From the NCBI RefSeq assembly GCF_009914755.1, contig NC_060926.1: a stretch of 64,000 nucleotides of DNA, one strand, 5' to 3'. Positions 16,471-43,616 of this stretch are shown here, piece after piece; position 1 is the stretch's first letter; each line of letters starts with the position of its first letter. Under the pieces are notes generated by a model that saw nothing but the letters and a program-made list of their open reading frames with translations, was not told the origin of the DNA and did not search any database. The stretch is from the human T2T-CHM13v2.0 reference genome, Homo sapiens. The position numbers were made by a program, and so were the translations under genes.

Positions 16471-17032
16471 CTTTCATCTCCCCATCTCATCTTATGACTC
16501 TGTGCTTGAACTGGTGTATTTAAAGATTAAGGACCTTTCTGACCAATGTCAAATGAACCATCCAGATGGTTCTGGCTCTCAGAAAGATCAGAGGCAGTCT
16601 GAATAGCAAGTAAGGATCAAGTCAACCACCAGTTCACCAAACAAAGCCAAAACATTGGCATCAAGGAATAAGCCAATGGCTGACATAAGTACCTGCTGCC
16701 CCAGAAGTTACTTGTTTCAACTATTTGAGTTCAGCACATCATCGCAATTCTAAATACTTAAGTTATCTTCAGCAAGTGAATGCAACTTATAACTTATTCT
16801 TCCATCCTTGGGTAGGTGGGGGAACCATTTGCCATTTTCAGAGTAAATTCAACTGAGTTAGAAGGAAGCCCCTATAACATCAACAGAAAGCAAATTCTAT
16901 AGTCAAGTCTCTCAACCATTAAATTTTAGGATTATATTCTGGTGGTACTTCTTAGAAAAAAGAAAGAAGTAAAGTTTCACCTATGAGATAAATTAGAGGA
17001 CAAAGTGTTACTTCCTATCTTCTTGCAATCTT

Positions 17033-17696
<664 letters not shown>

Positions 17697-18167
17697 CGGG
17701 GGACGGGGGCGGAGGGGCGTGGGGAAGAAATGGCAAGGCTCTGGGAGGAATAAAAAGAAAAAAAAAAAAACAAAACAAAAGAAAGAAAATAACCAGAATT
17801 ATATCTTTGTTAAACGAGGGGCCAAAACCAGAAAGCTTTGTACAAGGTTTTGTGTCTTGGCAGCAAGCATTGCCCTTACAACATAGAATGTCATTGCAAT
17901 CATATGGTATCAGTAACCAATGAATTACGGCCAGAACACCTAGGACCTGTTCTTCTAGACTTTAGATGTGAGTTCTCCTTCTCACAAATCTCAAATGCAT
18001 GTTCATTCTGAACACTGGCTGGTTTTTTGACCCTTTTTGCTGACCTGAAAGGGCTATGTAGGTAGAGTAAGACTGAAACTATTGCCTGGAACATCCCTCA
18101 GAGTGGCCAAAATATTACCTTTATGACCATAAAGCAATTCCAATTCACATTGCTTTCTGTAATAGAG

Positions 18168-18525
<358 letters not shown>

Positions 18526-19002
18526 TGTAATAGAGCTTTCTGGACTACTGAGTTCTACAGTATTTTCCTGTATGATTATTTTCAATTTCTGTCTCAAGAC
18601 TTGAGTTAGGCTCTTTCAATAAGGCCCAAACACACTACCAATTAATAGCATTATGCTGCGCTTTTGATTTCAACTTTGGTCCCAGAACCCAGAAATGGGA
18701 GCCTGTGTCTATTATCTATCTCATTTTTAGTGGTCTTTGTGGTCTGCATGGTGAAGATGTAAAAGCTTTAACTAAGATGTAGGAATGGAGAAAAGAAAAC
18801 CAGGAGAGGACTTGCTTACATTCTAAAAGTGGGTTGTAGGGGAAGAGGAAGCAAAGCTGAGACTTCTGAGTAACTGGACTTACGCTAAGATGCCTAACTG
18901 AGGTGGGGGATGATTTAGTTTTGGATGGTTACATGGTAAACTAAAGAAAAAAAGTATTGAAGTAAGACAAACATCTAAAAACTTTATAATATCTTAATTT
19001 GA

Positions 19003-19742
19003 TTTTTTAAAAATTATACTTTAAGTTCTGGGATAAATGTGCAGAATGTGCAGGTCTGTTACATAGGTATACATGTGCCATGGTGGTTTGCTGCATCCAT
19101 CAACCCATCATCTACATTAGGTATTTCTCCTAATGCTATCCCTCCCCTAGCCCCCCAACCCCTGACAGGCCCCAGTGTGTGATGTTCCCCTCCCTGTGTC
19201 CATGTGTTCTCATTGTTAACCTCCCAGTTATGAGTGAGAACATGCAGTATTTGGTTTTCTGTTCCTGTGTTAGTTTGCTGAGAATGATGGTTTCCAGCTT
19301 CATCCATGTCCCTGTAAAGGACATGAACTCATCCTTTTTAATGGCTGTGTAGTATTCCATGGTGTATATGTGCCACATTTTCTTTATCCAGTCTATCATT
19401 GATGAGCATTTGGGTTGGTTCCAAGTCTTTGCTACTGTGAATAGTGCTGCAATGAACAAACATGTGCATGTGTCTTTATAGTAAAATGATTTATAATCCT
19501 TTGGAAATGTAAATCCTTATAATCCCAGTAATGGGATTGCTGGGTCAAATGGTATTTCTTGATCTAGATCCTTGAGGAATCACCACACCGTGTTCTACAA
19601 TGGCTGAACTAATTTACAGCCTCACCAACGGTGTAAAAGTGTTCCTATTTCTCTACATCCTCTCCAACATCTGTTGTTTTCTGACTCTTTAATGATCGCC
19701 ATTCTAACTGACGTGACATGGTATCTCATTGTGGTTTTGATT
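19003..19742 (-). mobile_element. 5'-truncated L1PA (ORF2 C-terminus and 3' UTR)
   Basis: ORF 19136-19459 (MFIAALFTVAKTWNQPKCSSMIDWIKKMWHIYTMEYY) is the L1 ORF2 C-terminus. TTGATTTTTTAAA occurs at both ends. Confidence 0.9.
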
Positions 19743-20750
19743 TTTTAAAGAATTCTACATTAAACATCTTGATGAATTACTAAAGGAATTTCTGTTGGTA
19801 AGAGAAAAAGCATGACTACTTTCACTGAGAGTATTCAGTACTGTTCAGGTTTTATTCCCAGTGCAATATGACAGGAAAAATGAAATATACATATTAGAAT
19901 GAAACATCAATTACACAGCCACTGATATAATTTTCAGAAAATGAAATTAAAAATTAATAAAAACAATGAGTTAAGAGGACAGATAAAAGATAAAATGAAA
20001 CTCAAAAGAATTCTCATGAATCAAACTGAATCAAATTGAATTTGTACAAGCAAAAAGTTTCTATTCACATTGAAAACTCTAAAATATCTTGATATACACT
20101 TAGAAAAAGTGAGTATTCCCTATGCGGATAAATCTACAGAATGTTACTTGGACTACAAGAGTTAATTAATGGAGAGACATCATCTGACTAGATGAGAATA
20201 TCCAGCATTATTTATATCTTGATTATCTCAGCCTCCTCCAAACTAAATATGTTTAATAAAATTTTAATCAAATTATTGTTTTTTTTTTTTGGAACGTCAG
20301 TGCTTCACTTCAGATTTCTTTTGAAAGAAAAATGTATATGAATACCTTATATTCGATAAGAATGTGAAAAGATTTGCTCTACTATGTATCAAAAAATGTA
20401 AAGCTAATCAAAACAAAATTAAGGGAAAAGCTATATTATAAATATTGATTAAAATCATTATAAAAACCTTCTGCAATGGAATAGTAGGCAAAGCATTTCA
20501 ACAGACAAGTCACAAAAAAAGAGAGAAAAGTAGGCTCTTCAAATGAAAAGCTGCTCAACTTTCTTCCCACAACAAAGATGTGAAACAGATAATTAGGGTT
20601 TGATCATTGGTTCTTTTGTTTTGTTTTGTTGGTTTCTCTTTTACACATAAGAGGTTTAACAATTTGAACCCAGTGTCTTTAAGACAGAAATGTCACTTAT
20701 GTCAGTGTTAATGTAATTTTGGAGGAACAAACATTGGGCTGTATCTATAA

Positions 20751-24400
<3,650 letters not shown>

Positions 24401-25907
24401 AGATATATTGCACAATGTTCACTGCTATATAGTGTACAATATCAAAAATTGGAAACTAACTTGTATGTTATAATTTATGTCAGTTATGAGTGGTAGAAAA
24501 ACCATTGTAGCTCTTGTCAAAACCTGCATAGGCAGTCTAAGGTAAATATAACACTTGATTTTATCAGGGCCCAGGTTCCTTCTGTCTTGTGGCCACTGTA
24601 TGAGCCGCAACCCCAAGGTGGAAGATGGCAGTATATGTTTATACACAGCAATGAGGAAGGGAGATAGGAAAGCAAAGTGTGTCCCTTTAGGAAAGATCTT
24701 GGAATCTGCCATGCCATATTTCTACTACATCCTGTTACTAAGAACTTAGGAACATGATTGCACCTTTATTGGTAGTCTTTATTCTGGGCAGCCATCTGCC
24801 TAGCTTAAAATGTGGAGGGTCCTTACCATAGAGGAAACAGAGAATGAATTTTAGCAAACAACTAGTGGTTTCTGCCACATGACTAAATGACCAACAGGGA
24901 AACATATTACAATACATCATACAATTAACCTCTATTCAGTTGTTACAGACTCAAGCAACTCTACATGAATTGGCATGTGAACTTCTTGCAAAACAGGGTG
25001 TTTATTATACAGTTTTTTAAAAGTGTGCGAAAAGCCTGCATATGTCCACCGAAAGACATGTAAAAATGCTTATTCCTTTATTATTTGTAATATCCCAAAT
25101 TTTGAAATGCCACAAATATTCACCAGAAGTACAATGGATAAGTAAAGTGTAGCATATTTATCTAGTAAAATACCATAGGTTATGGGAATGAACAAAGTGT
25201 TGCCAGATACAATAATGTGGATGACTCCTAATGTTGCAGCAAAAGAAGACAGGCACAGAACATATAATTTACAACCCCACTTACATAAAGTTTAAAAACA
25301 AGTAAAATTAACCTACAGTGCTAGAAAGCAGAATAAAGTCAAGGAATGCTAGTGTCAGGAAAGGAGAAAGCAGCCTCCTGAGGGGCTTCTGAGGGGCTGC
25401 TAATGTTCTATTTCTAGAACTGGGTATTGGTTTTTGGGGCATATTCACTGTGTAAAAATTCAGCAAGTTACATGCTGTGATTTGTGCAATTTGTTGTATG
25501 GATATTACACTTCAGTATGATTGCAGAAGCCTAGATTATCTAACTGAGGTACTGACAGTAATTCTCAAAATGGAAGGTGGGCTCTCATGCCTGGACAGAT
25601 GTCCTCACTGCAAGCTGGCATGCAGGGACCAGGTGAGTGGCTTCTGGTCACCAAGGGCAGCTGTGTCACCTGGACATGAGGGCAGACCCCAGGTGAGAGC
25701 ATCAGTAGGACAACGCTGTCTTACTTCCTGCGGTTCTGTGCTGGCAGCCACAGAAATTGATGCAGACGCTTCCAGCTTCAGTGCTTGTGTTTCTTGCTCA
25801 CTAGCTCAGCTGGTCTATAATAACAAAGAAATGAATAGTGGGGTGAAGACATATTCCATAGGATTCAGACTCTACTTACAAGTTCTTTATTTAAAAAGTG
25901 CACTCTG

Positions 25908-26203
25908 GGCCGGGCGCGGTGGCTCACGCCTGTAATCCCAGCACTTTCAGAGGCTGAGGCAGGAGGATCACGAGGTCAGGAGATCGAGACCATCCTGGCT
26001 AACACGGTGAAACCCCGTCTCTATTTAAAATACAAAAAATTAGCCGGGCATGGTGGCACGTGCCTGTGGTCCTAGCTACTCGGGAAGCTGAGGAAGGAAA
26101 ATCACTTGAACCTGGGAGGTAGAGTGAGCCAAGACAGCGCCTCTGCACTCCAGCCTGGGCAACAGAGTGAGTCTCTGTCTCAAAAAAAAAGAAAAAGAAA
26201 AAA
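25908..26203 (+). mobile_element. Alu flanked by an AAAA(G)TGCACTCTG duplication
   Basis: Alu consensus and A-rich tail. TGCACTCTG occurs on both sides. Confidence 0.88.
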
Positions 26204-26687
26204 ATGCACTCTGTCTGGTCCAGAGGTTCCCGTGGTTCTTACTCCTGGATCCCATCACCCCTCCTGTCTCTACACAGACCCCCACTCCACTCCCAGCTGG
26301 CCGCCTACCCAAGCACCACTGCCCTTGGCATCCTTGGCTAAAGTGGTGACTGCATGGGCAGGTGGAGTCTGACAAGTCACAGTGACCACCAGCAGTGGGA
26401 GGTCACTTGGCCTCACCTGTAATTCATAGCCCTGACCACACCCTCTGGCATGTGAGTTTATCCACAAGGAACAAAGCTGAGATGAGACAATTTCACTACA
26501 TAACTTGCTCACGCGGCATCCCGTGGTATGCTAGCATTATTAACACTGGAAGTTCTTTTGAAGATTTTGAAAGTTTAATTGTCATGAGATTTTTCCAAAC
26601 TAAGTTCATGATATGGATTTTTAAATTGTATCTAATTTAAGTGACATTTCAATTCAAATCTAAATCTAAAACTGATAGACCTAATGA

Positions 26688-27031
<344 letters not shown>

Positions 27032-27096
27032 TAACCGAATAAAAACATCCTATTTAAAAGACCAAATATATTACTTCATTTGAAAATTAAAATATA

Positions 27097-27720
<624 letters not shown>

Positions 27721-28412
27721 CTTGGCTATGAAAATGAAAACAATCACGAAGGCAGGGTCCCTCCCCACCTCTCCATATCCCTGTCTTGTCTGGAGCTGCT
27801 TTGGGTAACGCTCAGCCGGGACCAGCACATTACACAAGGCAATGTCCACGTGCCGGGATCAGCAAGGATGAGCTTTCTGTCTGGGGTAAGAGTAAAGACT
27901 CTAACCCAGCACCACCTCGAGGGCTTCAGGCTCACTTTCTGTTGCTTGAAGTCCGCGATGTGCTCAGGAAGTCTGCACTCCTTTGAGGCCTCAGCAACAG
28001 TGTCCTTGAGCTGAGCTTCCAGCTACGAAACGAAGACACACTTGTCATTAACACAAAGGAAGCACAGCCTTACCAGTTAGATCTTCCCCAAAGGACTTGT
28101 AAGAGAGCAAGACCTTAAAGGACCTTTGTATTTTTTCACCCTTTATCAAATCTTATCACAAATTAAAGTTTCAGAAATACACCGCAGGGCTCAGCTGAAG
28201 TGGTTGGTTAGTAATAAAACAAGTTTAAATTCGAATTTAAGTTGATATTTTGAGATGAGATTTCAAGAAAGGGTACTGATTTGTGAAAACAAGTACTTCT
28301 GATTTCTGTAAAACACTGATTCATTTTTTAAATGGACAATTTCAGACACACACACAGAAGAACAGGAGAGAGTAATGAATCTCCTGTGCCTGGCACCCAG
28401 CTTTGACAGTGA

Positions 28413-29316
<904 letters not shown>

Positions 29317-29390
29317 TTTAATCGAATTTTAAAGTAAGCATTGCTTAAAACATGTCACTCATCAACAGCAGAACATTCAGAATACCTAGG

Positions 29391-30196
<806 letters not shown>

Positions 30197-30576
30197 GGTC
30201 TAAAGCAAGTGGCTTGAAGCGTCCTAGACTACGATTTGTCTTTCTACTGCCATTGGCTCTTTATGGACTGCAGGTGCTCTTATTCAATTAAGCCGGGCCA
30301 TATCACAGCTCAGCATAAATACCCTCTACTTACTTAAAAGGGAATTTTAAAAACTTAGGAATAGGAACCTCTTTTAATGATTTCACAAATAGATATTGAG
30401 GGATGAACACAAAATAAATGCTTGGCAGATCAACTTACTTGGGTTCACATAAAACTTAAGATGATTTTAAAGTAATTTACATAATGCAGCCCAAGTTTTC
30501 AAAGATGTTTTATTAAGGTCATACAAAAGTCCAGTCAATACCATCGCTGAAATATCTAAATAGCTTCCTCCCCCCC

Positions 30577-30989
<413 letters not shown>

Positions 30990-33289
30990 TAGAGCTCTGC
31001 CATGAGCTCATTGAGCTCCAAGAACTCCTGCAGGGCCAGCTTTTGCTGCTGATGGGCATCTTTCAGTTCTTTGGCTTGGGATTTCAATGTCTCTGAAGCT
31101 TCAACCAATTGCTGAAAAAAAAATTACAGATGTTTTATGTTTGCTTAACAAAGGTCTGGAAGGCTGGACATTTAGTTTACACTATATTAAAGAGTTACAA
31201 GTGACAGCCAATGCTGGTTACAGATTAAAGCCACAGATGGGAGAAATCCCCTGCTTGGAAAAAGCCCTGTGCTCACCTCACCCCAGCCAAACATTCAATG
31301 GGAAGACCACCTGGGCTCAGGTGCTGAGCAACAACCCCACACCAAGAAAGACCCTGCAACTGCATGGAGTAACTTACAGCAGGACAGCTGGCTCTGTAAT
31401 GCCAACCTCTGCCCGAGGTCTTCTACACAATTGCAAAGGTGAATAAAGCATTTGGGCACTCAATATAGTTACTTAAACACAAGAAGAAGCAGAAGCAGAA
31501 AAAAATACATAGACAAAGTGCTGAAGATTTAAATCAGGCCAGGCACTCATGCCTGTCATCCCAGCACTTTGGGAGGCTGAGGTGGGAGGATCACTTGAGC
31601 CCAGGAGTTCAAGACCAGCGCCTGGGCAAAATAGTGAGACCTCATCTCTTAAAAAAACTAAAAAAGAAAGAAAAGAAAATTAAGAAGAAAGAGATTTAAA
31701 TCAAAGACTCCCTGGGTGGAGGGCCACAAGTAGGACTTACCACAAGTTCAGCTGCACTGACAACCCAACCTTACCACTTGCTGCACTGATGACCCTGACC
31801 TCCCTGCAGCTGATCTGGCCAACAGTCTGGCTGTTTAGTCACTGTCACACTTGCTGGACTAAGACTGGAAGTGACGAGACCTGGAGCAAGCTGGCAGGGC
31901 GGCTCCCACATGGGGAGAAAAGGCCTCCCCAGGCCTCTCTGGGTCCAGCTCAGAGTCACTGTGACTGTGTCAAGCAATGAGACGCTGCCCAGCCCACACT
32001 GCACTCCCAGACAAGTCATGCAGGGGGATGATACTACAGATTATCTTAAGAAGCAATTTGGGCTTAAAATCTGCCCCATTTTAGAGGACAGATCACAAAC
32101 TACAGGTCCAAGGACTTCAGTGTATAAATGAATGTATTTTAGAAAACAGAGCCTATGCAGTGAGCTGAGATCGCATGACTGCAGCCTGGTGACAGAGAGA
32201 GACTCTGTCTCAAAAAAAAAAAAAAGAAAAAAAGAAAAGAAAAAAGAACCTAATTGTGTTATTACTATACTTAATGGCATTTGAATATAAAGTTCACATA
32301 TCTTACTAAAAACCAAATTTATAAAGGAGTTATGGGGGAATCAGCCACATTTTAACATATGTCCTCTTTTGCAGTTCCCTGTCCTTACTAAGATGCCCCT
32401 TCTAAGAGCAGGGGGCATGGTGTAGAGAGAAGGACGAGGTCACTGGTGTCAGGCGCAGCGTGTCACTGCAGATAACACAGTGCCCTCTGGACATCGTTCC
32501 TCATTCAGAATGGGCGGGGCTGGGGGAGTTGCTGCTTACTCCGCGGGGTTGAACTGGAGATGGCAGATGATGACTGTGAAGTGGGTGCCTGCTGCAGGCA
32601 GCATGCTGAAAGGCACCCATGGCAGGGAGCCAAGCCCAGCTAGCTGACATGGGCTGTGTAGCAACTGGGCACAGCAGGGGCCCTAGAACCAGGCTTGGCC
32701 CTGTTGTCCTGCGTGCAGCAGGGACAGTCCATGAGCAGGAGTCCCAAGGAGGTCTTTAAACATCTGTATGAACAGAATCTTACAAAACTCTGCAAAGCCT
32801 CTTAAGCCTTTCTCACCCAGAACCGAACTGCCTACCTTGTGCATGTCCTCCTTCTCCTGCCACACCATGCGGTGCTGCTTCTCTGGCCCCCGTAGCTGCT
32901 GTGTGAAATCTTGTTGAGGCGCCGCCTTGTCCTCAAGTTGTCACTCAAGCCTGTTTGAATATGAGCAAAAGAGGAAATAATTTGTGTTACTTTCTGTGTA
33001 GCAACTATATGTAAATGTTGTTAGCTGACTTATTGAAATGATTTAATAATTCACAGGACTCTTTTTATTGCTGTATACTAAATAAAATACACAAGGCAGC
33101 AATACTTAGGGGCCAGAAACACTGTTTACTACAAGTCAATTATGGAATCATAGCTTACAGTAAAAATGGGCATGTCCAAGGCTCAATTTTTCTTTTGTCA
33201 TTTACAGTAGAATAAATAGTTTGTTGCTAATTTTCTACACTGTCTACTGGGAATATGTGTTACTTTTATAATCAGAAAAATAAATATTG

Positions 33290-33589
33290 CAGCCATGTAG
33301 CATATAATGATGTTTCGGTCAACAACAGACAGCATATATATAACAGTGGTCCCATAAAGTTATAATACCATATTTTTCCCGTAGCTTTTCTGTGTTTAGA
33401 TACATAAATCCTTGCTGTACAGGTCTGTAGCCAAGGGGCAATATGCTATACCATGTGGTCTAGGTGTGCAGTAGGCTGCACCACCTTGGTTGGTCTAAGA
33501 ACACTCTGTGATGTTCTCACATCAACGAAATTACCTGATGATGCATTGTCGAGAACGTATCCCAGCCGCTGAAGGACGCGTGGCTGGAC
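33290..33589. mobile_element. Tigger3/MER7-like DNA transposon derivative
   Basis: GATGTTTCGGTCAACAACAGAC...GGTCCCATAA and AGAACGTATCCC motifs. Confidence 0.65.
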
Positions 33590-33661
33590 TGAAGAGCACC
33601 GTGTGATGTGGGCTACAGCTGAGTTCTGTGCATGATGTGGTTGGAGCCTTGAGGAAGGGGG

Positions 33662-33997
33662 ACTATGGACTGAATGGTGTCCCCCCCCACCAATATTAGA
33701 CGCTGAAGCTCTAATCCCCAATGTGACTGTAGTTGGGGACAGGGCCTATAAGGAGATGATGAAGGTTAAGTGAGGTCATAAGGGTGGGCCCTGATCCAAC
33801 AGGATTCGTGTCCTTATAAGAGACCAGAGAGCTTGGGTGCTACCTCCCCATGGGAGGACATGGTGAGAAGGTGGCTGTGTGCAAACCAGGAAGAGAGGCC
33901 TCTGGGGCTTTTAGCCTCCAGAACTGTGAGAAAATAAAACCCTGCTGTTTAAGCCACTCAGTCAGTGGTATTTTTTAGGGTGCCTGGGGCTAATACA
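33662..33997 (+). mobile_element. MLT1A/B-like MaLR LTR
   Basis: TATGGACTGAAT..., GAGGTCATAAGGGTGGGCCCTGATCCAA and CCTCCAGAACTGTGAGAAAATAAA. Confidence 0.75.
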
Positions 33998-34679
33998 GAA
34001 GGATTCACCCTCCTGGGGAGAAGGGGCCAGTGGCCTCCTCTGATTTTCCCGGCTGTCCGCAGAACTCCGTCCCTGCCCCTCCTCCTTTTGCCAAAGCATC
34101 TTGCTAAGGGAAGACCTGATTGCATTGTTCAGAGGTCCCCAAAGGCCACAGAAAAGTCTCAACTCCTGGACCTCATGAGTCCCATCCCACTGGGGGAGCT
34201 CCCTCTCTCTTCTCTGCTCTCCTCTCAGGAGGGAAAGTTAAGGGCCTGCTTGGCCACCCTCCAGGGAGATGCCATGGTGGGATGCTGCATCCTGGTGATG
34301 AGCTGGGGGTAAGCCAGCATGTCTCCTCCAGGGCTTTTCCCAGAACTGAATACACACTAAGATGATCTTTAGGGATGGAAGAATCAAACTGGGAAGAATC
34401 ACACACCTGTAGTCCCACCCTACAAGGAAGGCTGAGGCTGGGGGATCACTTGAGCCCAGGAATTTGAGTCCAGCCTGGTCAACATAGTGAGAACCAGTGT
34501 CAAAAAATAAATAAATAAAAAGGAAGAATCAGGTGACTGTTCCAAACTCCTCCAAAATGGGTATTGGGTCCCGACTCTGCTCTTCCCGGGACAGGGGTGT
34601 GCCTTCCCCTTTCCTGTTGTCCATAAACCCACTCCCTCTCACTAAAGAAATAAGAAAAAGTGTTCACAGCACTTTGAGT

Positions 34680-36421
<1,742 letters not shown>

Positions 36422-36724
36422 AAGTGATTGAATCCTGCCACTTCCCAGGTGCTGGGTGGGAACAGGGAAGAGGGGGATAATTGCGGTGCTGCTGTGACTT
36501 GGGTAGATGGCGGCAAGGCCTCTCAGAGGTGGCCTTGTTTGCAAAGATCTGAATTAGGCAGGGAGAGGGGCAGGCCTGGGGCAATCAGGGAGGGGCAGTG
36601 GCACACTGGGAGCAAGGCAATGTTCCGCGACCCACAGAGGCAGCGCAGTAGCTGTTCCAACCCTGGTCAGAAGACACCCCGGAAATGCCTCAGCAACCGC
36701 GCAGCCTTTGATGACCCCCGCTGC

Positions 36725-36967
36725 CTTCCCGCCAATCCTACATCCAATCAGAGAGCGTCCCCAGTACACATGTTGAGCAATGGCCAATCAGAACTGGGAT
36801 CCGGCCCTCAGCCCGCCTCCCAGGAACTCCGAGCCAATGGCGGCCTGGCACCGGCGGGCCAATCCCGTGCGGCGCGCACAGGCAGGAGGTTGCAGTTGGG
36901 CGCTCAGCAGCTGTGGCAGCCGGTTGAGGTCTGGCAGTAGCGTTGGGCTGAAGCAGCGGAGTTCGCC
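36725..36967 (+). promoter_or_regulatory. TUBA3D promoter / 5' UTR with five CCAAT boxes
   Basis: CCAAT at 36732, 36744, 36784, 36834 and 36859 in a CpG-rich stretch. Kozak context CGCCATGG at 36964-36971. Confidence 0.75.
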
Positions 36968-36970
36968 ATG
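36968..36970 (+). CDS. TUBA3D: Tubulin alpha-3D coding exon 1 (ATG only)
   Basis: TTCGCCATG|GTAAGG. An intron directly after the start codon is typical of alpha-tubulin genes. Confidence 0.9.
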
Positions 36971-37418
36971 GTAAGGCCCGGGTCACTCCCGCCCCGCAGA
37001 TGCCCAGGCAGACGAAGTTGGCCTCGGGTGGACAGAGGGACGTTGTTGCGGGCCTGGGCGCTGAGAGGAGGCCAGAGAAGGACGCAGGGTCTAGTGCGGG
37101 ACAGGAGGACACGGGATCGTTTCCTGGATCTTTGGGTCCCAGGGCAGGGACGGCGGCTTTTGTTTTAGATGAAGCTGCCGGCCTTTAGTGAACGGGACCA
37201 TTGACGGTGTCCCGTCCCCCAGAGAGCAAATAGTGGCGTCGCCTCCTGAAGACGGGAGGGCGCTGCTCCCGCTTCACACGTCTTTGTGCTACTCGAAACA
37301 ACTGAGGAGCCCCAGGAGCCTTCGGTGACGGGGGTTGGGGCTGTGGACATTGATCAGATGAGGAATTAAGGCTCAGACGCTGCTGCAACATTGCCTTGTT
37401 CACCTAAAGGCAACCGTT

Positions 37419-38102
<684 letters not shown>

Positions 38103-38901
38103 TGGCAGGGTTTAAAGAAACCACCAAAGGACAGTGCAGTGTCCCAGCACTAATGACGTCTGGGAGCCATTACAGGCTTCAAGGGGTAGAGAGAGGGAGT
38201 GGTTACAAGAAATTGGGAGGGTAGTTTTATGAAGAGGGCAGCCTGCCAAAAGTGTGGCCTTGAGAGGGATTCAGGTCACCCACAGCAGTTGAGCAGGAAG
38301 GGGCCAAGGAGGGAGTACCCTGGCACTGCTTTCTCCAGCCCCCCAGTATCCCACTGCTGCCTGCCATTGACCAAACCAGCAAGAAGCCAGAGGGCGAGGA
38401 AGGCCTCTGATGCTGTTCTCAAGGGTCAGCCTTCGAGAGCACAGAGCAGGTGGTGAATGATGGACGGGGTAGAACTGGGGGGTAGAGAGAGGACACACAC
38501 TGAGCACCTGGGCTTGGACCATGGTGACCTGGGACCTACTCTGTATTTCCTTACCCAACCCGACTACCTTATCCTTTGATCAGGACATAATCAAAAACTG
38601 CTACATATTCTTCAGAGAATTACTGTGACGGGCTATAATGTGGGGTTGATTATTGACATTACATGGCTTCCAAGTTTTAAAATAACCTAAGTTTTGTGTA
38701 GTGGCAAACAGGTTCTAGGGCTACCTCTAGAACTTACTAGCTAGTATGGTTTACAGCAATTAGTTTTCACAGCGATAAAGGGATCAGTCACTAACCCTCC
38801 TAGGAAATATCGATTGTGAAAGCGCCAGATACTGAAGCAGTATATAAATATTAAATTAGAATATTTTGCATGCCATATAGTTTCAAGTTGCCTTGAAATG
38901 A

Positions 38902-39186
<285 letters not shown>

Positions 39187-40075
39187 TGAGAGGGTGGGAG
39201 AGCATTGGTAAAGCCCCGTGTGGGCTCCTTTGAATCCTCCTGCTGAAAGGATGGGATAGACAGGCATATGCCCATGGCATTGTTAGGAGAGAAACTGAAA
39301 GGTTCGTGATCAAAGTGTCTGTGAGACTCGGCTCCTAATTTAGGAAAACCTGACCTACAGGGAAAAGCTGCTTTGCCAGCAGTAAGATGGGCTGTGAAGA
39401 GATTCCCTCGTGCGTGCCTCAGCCCTGCTCAGGTGGCCCTGCCTGCAGGGTGCAGTGGCATTGGTTCCCTCCCGAATGCTGTGCATTCTCTTATGCTGGT
39501 GCACTAGAGTCTTGACCTGCATCTTAGGCATAGAAGGTAAGTACAGAACAGTCATTTGCTTCCTTCAGATTCGCAGCCTGATGTAGTTTCCAAGGAGAGC
39601 TACAAAGAGGCAGCACCTTTCAGTGGCCCCCCAGGAGATGACAGCATCACCTGAAAGCCTGTGGGACCCAGGTCATCCAGGGTGCCCTGATGGGACTGCC
39701 CTGCAGAAGTCACACTGACCTGGTGACTGCCCAGGTTGTAAGAGTTTCTAACTTACAGCCTTTGATGTAGCTACACGTAGGAAAGAATTATGTACCTGCG
39801 TAGGAGTGCCAGAGCTTATTTCCTTTCACTGGGAACTGGTTGTGCTGACATTTATACAACAAGCTGAGTTTAACTTTGTAGAGTCATAAATTGCATATGC
39901 AGTTTGGTTATCACACAGAGACATTTTCTACCAGACACTGCCACTGTTGACCTATGACATGTAGGTCATGTACTTTGAACAGCATGTGCTCTGTAGAAGT
40001 GAACACTCCTGGAATGTGTCCATCTTGGTGAGTACAGGCCTTAAAAATTCACAGCACACACTGTCTCTTTTGCAG

Positions 40076-40224
40076 ATGAAGTGCGCACAGGGACCTACAG
40101 GCAGCTCTTCCACCCGGAGCAGCTGATCACCGGGAAGGAAGATGCAGCCAATAATTACGCCAGGGGCCATTACACCATCGGCAAGGAGATTGTTGACCTA
40201 GTCCTGGACCGGATCCGCAAACTG
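40076..40224 (+). CDS. TUBA3D: Tubulin alpha-3D exon 3
   Basis: (D)[32 protein letters not shown]...RIRKL, with AG/GT boundaries. 149 nt. Confidence 0.96.
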
Positions 40225-40306
40225 GTAAGAAGAGAAGGTTTCATGTGGCCATTTTCTTGCATGGGAGGGGTAGTTCTTGGAATGTGAAAGGGAAGTCATT
40301 TTATCA

Positions 40307-40645
<339 letters not shown>

Positions 40646-40677
40646 CTACTGAGTCTGCAGTGGTGATTTGTCCGTAG

Positions 40678-41520
<843 letters not shown>

Positions 41521-41640
41521 TGACTGGGTGATGTGGAGGCCTTTCAGCAAGCAGCAGATGCACAAAATAACACTGGCCCTGAAGGCCCACATCCTTTGGG
41601 GAGATTATCCCTGTTCCATGGGCTAGGCATGTGGGCATAA

Positions 41641-42633
<993 letters not shown>

Positions 42634-43319
42634 TGATGTTGTCATTTATAGAACAAGTTTGCTGATCCCTGCTCTAGTTGACCCTGTGCACTGCGGCCAG
42701 GACCTCAGGTCATGTTATGCCCGAGTTCTGAAACTTGGAATGCTTCCCCTTTGGTTACCACCTTGGAATGTCACCCCCTACTTAGGCAGGCACATGGACC
42801 ACTTCGACCACTTCCTGCTGCTGTGGTAGCAGCATTCATATGACCCTTGACCCATGATCTGCTACCTTTGCATATCCACAGTGGCTTGTTCTGTGGGTCA
42901 GAAGTGGGTATGATGTTCCTTGTGATAGCATGGGGAAGAGTTGTGTACTCTGAATCTATCTGGGTGGAAGAAGTTTAGCTACAGAATTTAATTGTAATCT
43001 ACAAAGAAGACAAGCAGCATACATTTTCAGAGGGAAGACTGTCTTCACCTGGGCACCTATCACATGTCACAGGTACTAGGACACAGCCCTTTAGGTAGCT
43101 TGGGATCCCACCAGGGTGGCTACCTCCAAGGTTCCTTTCTCTATTCCTCATCTGGAACTATCACCCTGCCTGGTGCAGAGAAGGGCTTAGTGACGTTTGT
43201 GAGGTGAACTGAGCATTCTCCGTGTCACCTACAGGGTGTCTTCTGTTTGAGGAAAAGTAGCTACCATTTCTAGGTTTGATATAAGCTTCATGGACTGCTT
43301 TCTTTCCCTTCTCTGGCAG

Positions 43320-43616
43320 GTGGGCATTAACTACCAGCCCCCCACAGTGGTCCCCGGGGGAGACCTGGCCAAGGTGCAGCGGGCCGTGTGCATGCTGAGC
43401 AACACCACGGCCATTGCGGAGGCCTGGGCCCGCCTGGACCATAAGTTCGATCTCATGTATGCCAAGCGGGCCTTTGTGCACTGGTACGTGGGCGAAGGCA
43501 TGGAAGAGGGAGAGTTCTCTGAGGCCCGCGAGGACCTGGCAGCTCTAGAGAAGGATTATGAAGAGGTGGGCGTGGATTCCGTGGAAGCTGAGGCTGAAGA
43601 AGGCGAAGAATACTGA
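43320..43616 (+). CDS. TUBA3D: Tubulin alpha-3D exon 5 (to stop)
   Basis: VGINYQPP...[14 protein letters not shown]. Exons sum to 1353 nt = 450 aa + stop. The EEGEEY end and adjacency to MZT2A favour TUBA3D over TUBA3E or TUBA3C. Confidence 0.95.
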   Translation: MGINYQPPTVVPGGDLAKVQRAVCMLSNTTAIAEAWARLDHKFDLMYAKRAFVHWYVGEGMEEGEFSEAREDLAALEKDYEEVGVDSVEAEAEEGEEY